Assembly: GCA_041652535.1 (NCBI GenBank)
Contig: JBAZHB010000002.1
Location: forward strand, 1,582 to 65,581
Length of the DNA: 64,000 nucleotides
Origin: Candidatus Babeliales bacterium
GTDB lineage: Bacteria; Babelota; Babeliae; Babelales; RVW-14
Reading direction: 5' to 3'
Part shown: one piece after another, positions 1 through 9,287 of the stretch
How the letters are laid out: the number at the start of each line of letters is the position of its first letter
How positions within the stretch are numbered: position 1 is the first letter of the stretch
Program-made: the position numbers and the translations under genes
The notes under the pieces: generated by a model
What the model was told of the DNA's origin: nothing
Seen by the model: only the letters and a program-made list of their open reading frames with translations
Databases searched by the model: none

Positions 1-6
1 GATAGG

Positions 7-48
7 AAAAGGCTGCTATCTCGTGTAGGAACGAAACAACAGCCTTTT
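7..48 (-). terminator. putative intrinsic terminator after the last gene of the minus-strand sugar operon
   Basis: AAAAGGCTG (7-15) pairs with CAGCCTTTT (40-48). On the minus strand the stem is followed by TTTTCC. The loop is long (24 nt, with inner TCGT/ACGA pairing). Confidence 0.4.
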
Positions 49-87
49 ACGCTGGCCGGCAACCTATTACTATTTATTTAATCCATT

Positions 88-597
88 TTACTCAGCCCAC
101 TTGCTGACTATAATCTCATCGACATATTCCCCATTACTCAGATACGTCTGCTTGTGTCTGCCTTCTTCCTCATACCCCGCTGCCTGAAACGCCTTTATGC
201 TTCCCGCGTTATTGGCATATATCCCGGCGCTTATCTTATGTAAGCCTATCTTATCAAAGCCATGTTCAGTCAGTAACTTTATTGCCTCAGTCGCATAGCC
301 TTTGCCCCATTGTGCTTTATCTCCAATGATGATGCCTATATCGCCGAGGTTATGATGCTCATTGACATGCAGTTTAATATTGCCGATATGCTCGTTTGTA
401 TATATGCCGTAAAAATAGTCCTGGCTGCTGCCGGATATGTTCTTGACATAACCTTTTACTGATTCCATGGTATGCCTTGTAAATCGGCTTTCTGTGTATT
501 GAGTTACAATAGGGTCATTCATCCAATCAACATATTTTTGGGTTACCATTGCAGGAGTTAGCGTTTTAAGTTGTAGGTGTTCACCTTGTAATATCAT
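88..597 (-). CDS. GNAT-family N-acetyltransferase (RimJ/RimL-like)
   Basis: 169 aa. QWGKGYATEAI acetyl-CoA-binding core and C-terminal NNAGSIKAFQAAGYEEEG, typical of GNAT. Confidence 0.75.
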   Translation of the reverse strand: MILQGEHLQLKTLTPAMVTQKYVDWMNDPIVTQYTESRFTRHTMESVKGYVKNISGSSQDYFYGIYTNEHIGNIKLHVNEHHNLGDIGIIIGDKAQWGKGYATEAIKLLTEHGFDKIGLHKISAGIYANNAGSIKAFQAAGYEEEGRHKQTYLSNGEYVDEIIVSKWAE

Positions 598-889
598 GGC
601 TTAAGCTCACTCTCCTTTTTACCGTTCCTTCTTTAACGTTTTGTCTATATCTTTGCATTTTAAAATTATTATATTTATGCTGGCAATCTTCGCATGTTTT
701 TTGGCTACCATGTTTTGCTTCAAACAAATTCCCACATATTTGGCATTTATTTGGTTGTTTTATGACATTTAATTTAATTAATAGCTTTTCAACGTCTTCC
801 CATTTTACCCATTTGCCGCTATCATCCTTCTGTGGTGTCGTCCCGCCTCCGCTGCCAAAATCATTTTGTATGCTATATCTTTGTATCAT
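581..889 (-). CDS. small zinc-ribbon protein, unknown function
   Basis: 102 aa. CQICG...CEDCQ (two CxxC pairs). Overlaps the downstream GNAT gene, consistent with translational coupling. Confidence 0.45.
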   Translation of the reverse strand: MIQRYSIQNDFGSGGGTTPQKDDSGKWVKWEDVEKLLIKLNVIKQPNKCQICGNLFEAKHGSQKTCEDCQHKYNNFKMQRYRQNVKEGTVKRRVSLSHDITR

Positions 890-1036
890 GTTTTTGCTCC
901 CTGCTTTCTGTCAACTCTTCAGATTTCCACCACATTATCAGTATCAAAATTAAAGACTCGCCATCTGTAATTTTCCATATGAGTTTTACAGTTATAATTA
1001 TAATTAATATTATTGCAAATCTTATCAGAAACATTT

Positions 1037-1681
1037 TCATAAGATTTCCCTCAATTCTTCCGGCGTAATAGCAAACGGTCCGGCATCAAGACCTGTGGAA
1101 TCGGATAGCTTGTAATGCTTCTCCCATATCCGCGGCTGGTATTTTTTGAACAGGTCAAGGCCGACGGTATGATCGGAAATTGAACATGTTTTTAAATGGA
1201 TATTTAGTTTATCATATTCGTCGATAGTCGCGGGATATTTAGAAACACATTGCATTCCTTGAATTATGCCCAGATTTATCTGTTTTGCAAAATTATTAGT
1301 CCACATCCTTGAGATTGATATACTCACGTATATCGGTATCTTCCTCGGTATCTCGCCAATAAGCCAATCTAACGCCCTATCATTAGGTATTTTTACAAAG
1401 CACACATCATATTGCAATAGAAATTTCAAGCTCTCCAAATCCGCCACGGATGAGGTTGTTTTATATCCCAGACTTGCAGCATACCAATATGCACAATCAA
1501 ATACATCGTGGTCAAGTGGGATATTTATTCCATCGTCAAGGGCAAGTTGCCATTTAAAAATAATTTCATGCTTATTAGTATCTATTTCATTTATTGCATC
1601 TATCATGCGCTTAACTATGGCTTTGTCGTTTTTACACGTGTTGCCCGAACTCATATCTAATATTATCTGCATTTCTTCCAC
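1037..1681 (-). CDS. NeuB/PseI/SpsE-family nonulosonic-acid synthase-like protein (short, no SAF domain)
   Basis: 214 aa. C-terminal ISDHTVGLD...WEKHYKLSDSTGLDAGPFAITPEEL resembles the DHT / EKH / 'sl-p-el' signature of sialic-acid synthases. N-terminus is divergent. Confidence 0.55.
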   Translation of the reverse strand: MEEMQIILDMSSGNTCKNDKAIVKRMIDAINEIDTNKHEIIFKWQLALDDGINIPLDHDVFDCAYWYAASLGYKTTSSVADLESLKFLLQYDVCFVKIPNDRALDWLIGEIPRKIPIYVSISISRMWTNNFAKQINLGIIQGMQCVSKYPATIDEYDKLNIHLKTCSISDHTVGLDLFKKYQPRIWEKHYKLSDSTGLDAGPFAITPEELREIL

Positions 1682-2244
1682 TCCTCGCGATTTATATTGA
1701 AATATAGGCTATTGTAATACTTCCCGCCCCAATATTTTCGGTTTGGCAAATAGCAACACCGCGCATTATATTTTCCGCAAGTCTCTTCCCAAATAGATAA
1801 GTATGGAGAGCATTCATAACACTCGCCATATACATTCTCAAGATTAAGATAATCAAATACCTGTTCAAGTATTAGTTCAATCGCCTGTTCTGCCATGTAG
1901 GCATATCCTGGATTCATTATCAGCCCAATTTCCCCTAAACGATTTTCCCACTGGATGTTTGATATTTCACCCATGCCGATAAATTTATCTTCTTTTTGTT
2001 CCTCAACTATCGGATAATTGACGGGTTCGTATGGATCATGTTCGTATTTAAGCTTAAAACCTTTTAAATCAGTCCATATTCCCCAATACCGCGCATTTGC
2101 CTGCCTGTCGCAAACTATTGAACGATAAAATATCTCCTGTTGTTCCTGTGTCAGTAGGTAGGGTGTGCGGTTCATACTCATTGAGTCGTTCCGCCATATG
2201 CAGGCTTGTTCAACATTGGGATAGGATAATGCTTTTAGTTGCAT
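1663..2244 (-). CDS. GNAT-family acetyltransferase (PseH-like position in the operon)
   Basis: 193 aa. ...IGMGEISNIQWENRLGEIGLIMNPGYAYMAEQAIELIL... GNAT beta4-alpha3 core. Overlaps both neighbours. Confidence 0.6.
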   Translation of the reverse strand: MQLKALSYPNVEQACIWRNDSMSMNRTPYLLTQEQQEIFYRSIVCDRQANARYWGIWTDLKGFKLKYEHDPYEPVNYPIVEEQKEDKFIGMGEISNIQWENRLGEIGLIMNPGYAYMAEQAIELILEQVFDYLNLENVYGECYECSPYLSIWEETCGKYNARCCYLPNRKYWGGKYYNSLYFNINREEWKKCR

Positions 2245-3386
2245 GATTCAACGCTCTCCTTTATTTGTTCTATTGTAAGGAATTCCGGATTTGTTCCTGA
2301 ACAATAACTAAAATCTTTGGGTACTTTCTTGCCTTCTGGATATCTTAAATCATCCCTGAATAATATTGACGGCTTGATTATGTAATAGTTTCCCATATCC
2401 TCGGTCAAATGTGATTGTTCCGGCGGTATCATACATTCGTGTAGTTTTTCGCTTGGCCTGATTCCCGTTATCTCATATGGCATATCAAGTGCTTCTGCAA
2501 CCGATACTATTTTAACGCTTGGTATTTTTGGTATAAAGGTTTCAGCACCTTGCATCACCTGAATTGAGTTAATAACAAACTCAACAGCATCATTCATTTT
2601 ATAGAAAAATCTTGTCATTTCAGGGTGTGTTATCGGAAGAACTTTTGCTCCCTCGGCAATTAACCTTTTAAATAATGGAATTATGCTCCCTACACTTCCA
2701 ACAACATTGCCATATCTACATACGGAAAATCTTGAATCACGTTTTCCAGCCAGATTATTACCATTTGTGATAATCTTCTCAGCCATAGCTTTACTTATTC
2801 CATATGTATTTATGGCTTGGCAAGCCTTATCGGTACTAATCAATATTGTCTTTTTAACCCCGCATTTAATAGCTGCGTCAACAACATTTTGAGTACCGTC
2901 ACAGTTTATTGCAAGTGTCTGCCGGGTGTTATATTCGCATTCAACGATATATTTTATGGCTGCGGCGTGAATCACAATATCAACACCGTTAAAAGCATAT
3001 TCAAGCCCTTTTAAATCAGTTACGCTACAAACTATCGTGTTAAATGGGAATTCCGTCTTGCCAAGTTTATCCTTTAATTCATTATGCTTCAACACATCTC
3101 TCGACATCACTATTACTTTTTCAGGATGTATATCGTGCTGTTTAAGGTAAAGGCAAAAGGCAGACCCGAAAGAGCCTGCCCCGCCTGTAATTAGTATTCT
3201 TTTGCCATCAATTTTATTGTCAACTTTTTTGATTCTACTTATTATTGCCTCATTCTGAGCTTTATTGACTCCATCTATAATGTTCTGTTTTGTCTTGCAG
3301 CCCTGATGGTCAATCCCCATACATTCATCCATTACAAAGTAGATACATTTTTCTGTTACCGTACATGTGCTTCCTATTTCAGCCAT
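2235..3386 (-). CDS. NAD(P)-dependent UDP-HexNAc 4,6-dehydratase (PseB/FlaA1/CapD family) with Cys-rich N-terminal extension
   Basis: 383 aa. ILITGGAGSFGS Rossmann motif and YGISK (YxxxK) catalytic motif. About 50 aa Cys-rich leader (CTVTEKC..DECMGIDHQGC). Confidence 0.8.
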   Translation of the reverse strand: MAEIGSTCTVTEKCIYFVMDECMGIDHQGCKTKQNIIDGVNKAQNEAIISRIKKVDNKIDGKRILITGGAGSFGSAFCLYLKQHDIHPEKVIVMSRDVLKHNELKDKLGKTEFPFNTIVCSVTDLKGLEYAFNGVDIVIHAAAIKYIVECEYNTRQTLAINCDGTQNVVDAAIKCGVKKTILISTDKACQAINTYGISKAMAEKIITNGNNLAGKRDSRFSVCRYGNVVGSVGSIIPLFKRLIAEGAKVLPITHPEMTRFFYKMNDAVEFVINSIQVMQGAETFIPKIPSVKIVSVAEALDMPYEITGIRPSEKLHECMIPPEQSHLTEDMGNYYIIKPSILFRDDLRYPEGKKVPKDFSYCSGTNPEFLTIEQIKESVESCN

Positions 3387-3415
3387 ATCAGTACCCCCGA
3401 TTTTTTATGCCGCGA

Positions 3416-3937
3416 TTATTTTGCCTTCATTATGTCGTCAACTTTTTTAAATTTTTCACCCTTATCTTTATCAGACAAATATTCTCTTTTGTAATCTGGA
3501 CAAATTATTTCACTTTCATCAATTATAATTTTCCTTTTATTTTTGCTTATCATATCACCACATTTTTTATTGGTAATCTTACAATAAAGCAAATTTTCTT
3601 CGTCTAGATTTTTACACATTACATAGCCTAAAAAAAGCGTTTCATTCATAAAATATGGGCAATGGGCTATTTCAATGGCTCCTTTAGATATTTCGTTTTC
3701 CTTAAAAGATTCTTCAAAACTTAGATTATTCTGTCCTTCCCTTTTAATTTCCGTAAGAAAATTTTTAGTTTTTTCCGGCAATCCATTCATAATATTATCC
3801 ATTTGTATTGCCCCAGAAACATTCATAGCAGACTTGGAAACATCCTTGTAACTTCTTGTAAGCTTCCGTAAACTTATGCCTAAAATAAGCATCGCAGAAA
3901 TAAGTAATACAATAGATATGAAATTCATGATTAACAT
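3416..3937 (-). CDS. N-terminally membrane-anchored protein, unknown function
   Basis: 173 aa. Hydrophobic N-terminus FISIVLLISAMLILGISL, then a Lys/Glu-rich Cys-containing domain. Confidence 0.5.
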   Translation of the reverse strand: MLIMNFISIVLLISAMLILGISLRKLTRSYKDVSKSAMNVSGAIQMDNIMNGLPEKTKNFLTEIKREGQNNLSFEESFKENEISKGAIEIAHCPYFMNETLFLGYVMCKNLDEENLLYCKITNKKCGDMISKNKRKIIIDESEIICPDYKREYLSDKDKGEKFKKVDDIMKAK

Positions 3938-4019
3938 TTTTTAATCCCCTTATAAAATATTACGGTTTCATTCGGCAACCGCAGCGTTTGTTATGCACTT
4001 TTTAACCTCATAACAAAGG

Positions 4020-5045
4020 TCAGTACCCCCGATTCTTTATCTCGCTTTCGTTTTCTTGCATTGCCCCCAGGAACTGCATTTGTGCATCATGATGCTCCTG
4101 CTCTTTGATGAGGTTGGTATTACGCTGTTGTGCCAAATGATTCTTGCGCGCTTGCATCCTGAGATAGTCGGCGTTTTCTTCCTGTTCCTCAAACCCGTAA
4201 ATAAATTGATTCTGTAGTAACAGGCTTTCTTTTGGCAATGTCCATTTAGTAGGAAATGGAAGCTTGACGGGTGAAAACAGTCCATCCTTCATAAGTCCGG
4301 CGACGAATCCGCAACGCTTGAATATCTCCATTACCTGGCGGTATCCCTCGAATATCCCAAGGTAAAACTCTGCCGAACTTTTTTGATACGAATATTCTGA
4401 ACTATGGGCCATGTCTACGCCCCATACGCCTATTTCGTCAACTTCCCGCCCGCAAACAACGATTTCGTAAGCCAACAAAGCCAACATTTCGCTGATGGAG
4501 TTTGACAGGTTGGGATGCTTCTCCTTTTCTCTGCCGATTGAAAACCATTCGCATATTTCTTTCAAAGGGTACGCTACTGACGTAGGAATTTCGTCGTAAT
4601 GCTGTGTCATATAGACTGGTATTTTCAAACCTTGCAGGAATTTAACATGGTCTGCGCCGCCGCCCTTGCCTTCTCCGAAAACTGATTCCTTCGGGTGGAT
4701 CTGAAACCATCGCGTAATATGGTCAGTCCATTTGATAATCTTATGTAGCCCATTGAGTCCCCATATCTCCCATGTAGGGTCATCCCATGGCGCAAGCCTC
4801 AAGGATGATTCCGCAAAACCCACTATTGCTACCTTGCGGGCTGAAAACGGTACTTTGTCGGCTTCTATGGATTGCTTTTGTGGGACTTCTTCTTTCTCCA
4901 TTACTGCTAATTGACTGTCAATCTGTGCTATTTCTTTGTCGATTTCCTGATTACTGAGTTCTTCTGTTGATTTCAATGTTTCAATGGTAACGAGTGCCGG
5001 ACCGTTTACTGTTATTTCCTTATTGAGTTCATTGACTTCTGACAT
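4020..5045 (-). CDS. hypothetical protein; candidate Rossmann-like sugar transferase (speculative)
   Basis: 341 aa. Acidic coiled N-terminus, then KVAIVGFAESS...EIWGLN and NSISEMLALLAYEI..EIGVWGVDM. This layout is reminiscent of GT42/DUF115(Maf)-type enzymes. No firm motif match. Confidence 0.3.
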   Translation of the reverse strand: MSEVNELNKEITVNGPALVTIETLKSTEELSNQEIDKEIAQIDSQLAVMEKEEVPQKQSIEADKVPFSARKVAIVGFAESSLRLAPWDDPTWEIWGLNGLHKIIKWTDHITRWFQIHPKESVFGEGKGGGADHVKFLQGLKIPVYMTQHYDEIPTSVAYPLKEICEWFSIGREKEKHPNLSNSISEMLALLAYEIVVCGREVDEIGVWGVDMAHSSEYSYQKSSAEFYLGIFEGYRQVMEIFKRCGFVAGLMKDGLFSPVKLPFPTKWTLPKESLLLQNQFIYGFEEQEENADYLRMQARKNHLAQQRNTNLIKEQEHHDAQMQFLGAMQENESEIKNRGY

Positions 5046-5069
5046 TTTTAATCCTCCAATAAATTTATT

Positions 5070-5399
5070 TTAATAATATTTTTTGCCAAACAAAACAAAT
5101 AAAGCATACTGTATATAGCCAATAATCCGTTTAAGATATGATTCTTTTTTTGCATTTTTCCCCCATATATTTTCCTTTTTCCATTGTGCAAATTCTTCAA
5201 TGAATTCCTGCAACGGTGTTTTTAGCTGTTCGGGAATTGTAATTGTGCGGGTTTTGATGAATTCTTTTATGTCAAATTGCCTGAATGTATAGTCTTTTAT
5301 TGTGCCATCAGTAAAGGAATATTCTTCCTGTCCAAACAATCCTTCTTTAAGTTCAGTTGCTTGGCAAATCAAACATTCTCCAGATAAATACATAATCAT
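5070..5399 (-). CDS. hypothetical protein with C-terminal hydrophobic tail
   Basis: 109 aa ORF in operon register. C-terminal IIGYIQYALFVLFG. Confidence 0.4.
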   Translation of the reverse strand: MIMYLSGECLICQATELKEGLFGQEEYSFTDGTIKDYTFRQFDIKEFIKTRTITIPEQLKTPLQEFIEEFAQWKKENIWGKNAKKESYLKRIIGYIQYALFVLFGKKYY

Positions 5400-5429
5400 C
5401 TTCCCTTCATATTTTCTCCAATAATTTAT

Positions 5430-5717
5430 TTAAGCCCATTGGCTTATATACAATTTCCATTCTTTGTAATCGATATCGTAACGCTTAAGTATCCTAGTTG
5501 CTGCCCGTTCCTGCTTTCCGAACGGACTCACATTTTTAGGTTGATTAATCAATGCCATTGCGGTTGGTATAAATTGTCTTTCTTTATCCCCAAATTTCGT
5601 CACCTCAATCACATCTAATGGATATTCTTGAGTGCTCATCGCCATGGACATTCCCTCATACCTTGGAGGAAATACCATCCGTGGAGGTACCCTTGGTTCG
5701 GGTGGATATGTTGCCAT
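5430..5717 (-). CDS. hypothetical protein
   Basis: 95 aa ORF directly abutting the WbqC-like gene (stop/start adjacency at 5717/5718). Confidence 0.4.
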   Translation of the reverse strand: MATYPPEPRVPPRMVFPPRYEGMSMAMSTQEYPLDVIEVTKFGDKERQFIPTAMALINQPKNVSPFGKQERAATRILKRYDIDYKEWKLYISQWA

Positions 5718-6431
5718 TTATAACAACTCCTTCTTGCTTATATTCCCGGACATAATAATCTGTTTTGACTTCTCGGCGTCTACGTTAAAAAGTAAATCAA
5801 TTATGCTCATGTAAGGCACAAACTCGCCCCACAGTTGCGGATATACAGGGTGGTTGTAATTCTGAAAATACAATTTGATTCCTGCCCGCTCGAATGCTTC
5901 CTTGTCCGCATATCCCTCGCCCTGACTGCCGAATATATAAACATCGGCGCCAAGCTTTTTGCACATGTCCAGAACAAGGTCTGACTTCTGTCCCTCAAAA
6001 TTTAAATCTGAGGCGCGGCAATATTCAACGTTGATTTTCAGCAGGTCAAGCACCCACTTCAAAAAGTATTCGTTCAGCTCACACAGATATTGCCATTCAC
6101 GCTGAAAAAGCTCATTAAAAAAGCTCTCATATTCATCGAAATATGGAGCCTTCTTATAAGCATAATATATTGATTTTCTGTGTTTATCCCGCCATCGTTG
6201 AGAGTTGTCGATTTCAAGTTCAAAAAGTTTCTTTTCTCGATAACCCTTTGATTTCAAAGGAATTGTCAACCATATTTCACCGTTTGCGGTTTTGATTCGA
6301 TTTCTGCGCTCATAGTCGTCATTTGACATTTGAACACAATCAAAAAAAACATATTTATCGGCAAGTGAAATTTTGTGTATCAACCCCATCCACGGCAAAT
6401 ATGCGGTTTGATGCGCAGTTAAAATTTTCAT
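5718..6431 (-). CDS. WbqC-family protein (sugar N-acyl/amidino tailoring family)
   Basis: 237 aa. MKILTAHQTAYLPWMGLIHKISLADKYVFFDCVQ...RRNRIKT..G.IWLTIPL matches the WbqC N-terminal pattern. Confidence 0.7.
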   Translation of the reverse strand: MKILTAHQTAYLPWMGLIHKISLADKYVFFDCVQMSNDDYERRNRIKTANGEIWLTIPLKSKGYREKKLFELEIDNSQRWRDKHRKSIYYAYKKAPYFDEYESFFNELFQREWQYLCELNEYFLKWVLDLLKINVEYCRASDLNFEGQKSDLVLDMCKKLGADVYIFGSQGEGYADKEAFERAGIKLYFQNYNHPVYPQLWGEFVPYMSIIDLLFNVDAEKSKQIIMSGNISKKELL

Positions 6432-6432
6432 A

Positions 6433-7461
6433 TCAAAAGCTCCTTAAATAATCTAAAATATGATTGAATTCCTCATCTGTCAGTGCTGGATAAATCGGAA
6501 GTGACAGGCTATGCCCTGCCACCCATTCCGCATTAGGATAATTCTCCGCGCCCAGCCCTAGCATATTATGTAGCATCTCCCGCTGTTCTATTGGTATTAT
6601 TGCTGTGATTCCATTGTCGGCAAGGTGCTGTTTGAGGCGGGAAACACAGTTGTCTTTTACTATATATCGATACCAATTAAGGTCTGAAAATAAACAATTA
6701 ATTGACACTTGATATCTCCATCCCTTTGTTTTGCATATATCTTGATATGCCGTCGCCATTTCTCTTCTTTTCCGCAGAAATTCTGGCAATTTCTTCAATT
6801 GCTCAATCCCCATTGCCGCCTGCAGGTCGTTCATACCGAAATTAAACGCTGGGATGTGCTTATCATAATCGATATACTCCCGCGCCTTGTCTGCCAGAGC
6901 TTTGTTATTTGTGACTATCATCCCGCCCGAGCCGGTTGTTATCATTTTTGACGGGCCGAAGCTGAACGTTGCAATGTCACCCTGCAGGCCGACATGCTTG
7001 CCGTTGATGTATGAGCCAAGAGCCTGGGAGCAGTCCTCAATTATATATTGATTTTCGATTTTGAAATTTTCGACATCAGCAGGAACTCCAAAGGTATAAG
7101 GTATAATATAAACTCCTTGATATGGCCGTAATTTAACCCTTATCTTTTCCATATTGAAATCGTTTTTGTTAATGTCAACTATACATGCTTGCTGATTGCT
7201 CATATCAACTGCATTTAATACAGCAGAACATACGTATGTTGGTATCGCAATGAAAGGCATTCTGCCTAATATCTTTAATGCCACTGTCAGCGCCGCTGTC
7301 CCGCTATTCACGGCAATTGCATATTTTGCCCCGACATAATCAGCAAAGGCTTGTTCAAACTGCTTGACTTTTTCGCCAGGTGCAATCCAACAAGAGGAAA
7401 TGACTTCGGTGATGGCGGCGGATTCTTCGGAGCCGATGGAGGGTTTATTGTGAGGAATCAT
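6433..7461 (-). CDS. DegT/DnrJ/EryC1/StrS-family PLP sugar aminotransferase (PseC/LegC-like)
   Basis: 342 aa. VNSGTAALTVALK, IIEDCSQALGS, and FSFGPSKMITTGSGGMIV carrying the PLP lysine. Confidence 0.85.
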   Translation of the reverse strand: MIPHNKPSIGSEESAAITEVISSCWIAPGEKVKQFEQAFADYVGAKYAIAVNSGTAALTVALKILGRMPFIAIPTYVCSAVLNAVDMSNQQACIVDINKNDFNMEKIRVKLRPYQGVYIIPYTFGVPADVENFKIENQYIIEDCSQALGSYINGKHVGLQGDIATFSFGPSKMITTGSGGMIVTNNKALADKAREYIDYDKHIPAFNFGMNDLQAAMGIEQLKKLPEFLRKRREMATAYQDICKTKGWRYQVSINCLFSDLNWYRYIVKDNCVSRLKQHLADNGITAIIPIEQREMLHNMLGLGAENYPNAEWVAGHSLSLPIYPALTDEEFNHILDYLRSF

Positions 7462-7718
7462 AATAGCCCGCCTTTCATTATCAGCGCAATTATCACAAGT
7501 ATTATTAGTATGGCATTTGGTACTATTATTTTAATTCTGTCCTTTGTAACACATTTCTTACATACAGGGTCTGCCCACTCGTCGCGTGCGCCATGAATTA
7601 TGTAATGGTGTATTTCGTCTGATAAAATTGGTTGTCCACACCAAAAGCATTCGTCCTTTCTCCACTCTTCGCGGTTTTTGCTTTGCCATTTGGTAAATCC
7701 TATCGCATTGCTACTCAT
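7458..7718 (-). CDS. tail-anchored small Cys/His protein, unknown function
   Basis: 86 aa. CFWCG...HHYIIH...CKKC, then C-terminal TM ILIILVIIALIM. Confidence 0.45.
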   Translation of the reverse strand: MSSNAIGFTKWQSKNREEWRKDECFWCGQPILSDEIHHYIIHGARDEWADPVCKKCVTKDRIKIIVPNAILIILVIIALIMKGGLL

Positions 7719-7732
7719 ATCTATATCCTTCC

Positions 7733-8432
7733 TTAATTTATTTTTCTTACCAACTCAAACGCTTCCGCAAGCTTTACCCCTGCCATAACCCCATAAAATT
7801 CGGCATGTGCGCGTAAACCTGCTGCACTTCGTGGATGCGGATATGGTCGTATCTCTGTGGTGTAACATTGCAAAGCCTTTATCTTTGTATCAAGGTCTGG
7901 ATATGTTATTTCAACAAAAACATTCGGTTTAAAGCTGCCGTCGCTCCATTCCGTTGATGATGGCGTTTCAAAGCAGTAGATTTCTTTGACTGTAGAGCAG
8001 TTTGGACGCAATGCCGTTGCAACTGCCTGAAACGTGATTCTGTGGTCAATATTGAGGTCACCGCCATGATGAGTATAGACAATATCGGGCTTCCATAAAT
8101 AAAGGTAAAACTCAATTGATTTAATTATCGATAATAGCGAAACGGTATCAAAAGCATTATCAGGATTTGATAGAAGCTCTATATGTTTAAACCCTATTAT
8201 CTCCGCTGCCGCTTTTGCATCTTTTTGTAACTCGCATAACTCTTGGCTATACGCAAATTGGCTGATAGACAATATATCGCCCTGAATATATTTTTGCATT
8301 CTTGAAGCAATACCTTCGCCCAATATTAAGCAGTATACTTCATCCCCTGCTAAAACGTGTTTGTGGAATGTGGCACCGCCGCCAAGTAACTCATCGTCAA
8401 GGATGGGCACAAATAATTAATATTTTCTGCAC
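7733..8432 (-). pseudogene. PIG-L/LmbE-family deacetylase interrupted by a +1 frame change at codon 11-12
   Basis: GTG at 8432 with RBS GAGGTGG gives VQKILIICAHP then TGA. Skipping one T (CAT CCT T GAC GAT GAG) restores AHPDDE and the 225-aa ORF 7733..8410 (HHGGDLNIDH motif). Confidence 0.7.
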
Positions 8433-8433
8433 C

Positions 8434-9036
8434 CTAAACCACCTCTTTCTTTAAGCTTTTATAGCTTTTAGTATTAATCAAACAGTCGCGCCATTTTTCA
8501 TATTGATATTTCTTTTTAGCTCTTAATGGGTATTCCTCAAAATGCGGAATCACAACATTTATCAAGTCCATTACTGGTTGCACTATATAAACCCATTGAT
8601 TTCTTCTAACTTCTGAAACATATTTAGGGTTCCAGTTATCCATGCTTTTCTTAACATCGCGATAATAAAGTTCACCAACTCCTAAATATTCCCGTATTGT
8701 TTCAAGAATTTCCTTATCGTCTTCTCTTAAAATTATCCTAAAACAAAATCCATGTTTACCATTCCCGTTAAAATTTGCTTCCCCATCAACAAAACCGGAT
8801 AACCAATTGCCAAATTTATCATCTTTTCCACGTTCTTTAAATTGTTTGCTATGTGATTTTAATTGACATGTCCAACAAAGCTTTGTTTTTAATGCACTCT
8901 TTGGGTTTAGTGGTATCCCACATGCACTACAAGATAACGGCTCTTTTCTTGTTCTGCACGAACGACATATTTTTGGTGGTTCCTTTTTGGTATGCATAAG
9001 TGTCTTCCCGCACTTTTCACAAATATAAGTTTTCAT
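8434..9036 (-). CDS. free-standing LAGLIDADG homing endonuclease with N-terminal zinc ribbons
   Basis: LSGFVDGEANF LAGLIDADG motif and FEEYPL..KK..Y..W tail. N-terminal CEKCG..CRSC, CSACG..CWTC. ATG at 9036 is preceded by AAGGAG. Confidence 0.8.
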   Translation of the reverse strand: MKTYICEKCGKTLMHTKKEPPKICRSCRTRKEPLSCSACGIPLNPKSALKTKLCWTCQLKSHSKQFKERGKDDKFGNWLSGFVDGEANFNGNGKHGFCFRIILREDDKEILETIREYLGVGELYYRDVKKSMDNWNPKYVSEVRRNQWVYIVQPVMDLINVVIPHFEEYPLRAKKKYQYEKWRDCLINTKSYKSLKKEVV

Positions 9037-9065
9037 TCGCACTCTCCTTTATTTCGCACCCTGTT

Positions 9066-9135
9066 TTTAAGCATAAGAAAAGGCAGGGAGTGCGTTCCTG
9101 CCTACAGTCTTGCAAAACTGCCTTATGCCAAATTT
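9066..9135 (-). repeat. structured intergenic element E1 upstream of the LAGLIDADG gene (copy 1 of 2)
   Basis: Read on the minus strand: TTTGGCATAAGG, imperfect palindrome CAGTTTTGCAAGACTG, hairpin GGCAGG..CCTGCC, then TTTTCTTATGC. Same architecture as 12061-12130. Confidence 0.7.
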
Positions 9136-9287
9136 ATTTTATTTCAAATCACTAATATCTTTTGCAACCCTTTTCATCTCCTTATTCGTCTTTATTGTCT
9201 GGTTCTATGCCAAATGCATTTAATGGCATACCACTTAATAAATCAATTACAGGCATCAAAAGAATAACTGATATTAAAATAATCCAT

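Noticed and set aside
1266-1700. Long antisense ORFs in the track: 762..953, 832..1068, 1266..1700, 13776..14081, 14275..14622, 22117..22605, 23585..24076, 27281..27640, 42500..42928, 44482..44880, 51649..52134, 52342..52893, 53724..54041, 55089..55403 and others
   Set aside because: Each lies opposite a CDS with clear family motifs or operon register. They have low-complexity or Ser/Leu/Cys-rich composition typical of antisense frames, and they lack RBS-like sequences.
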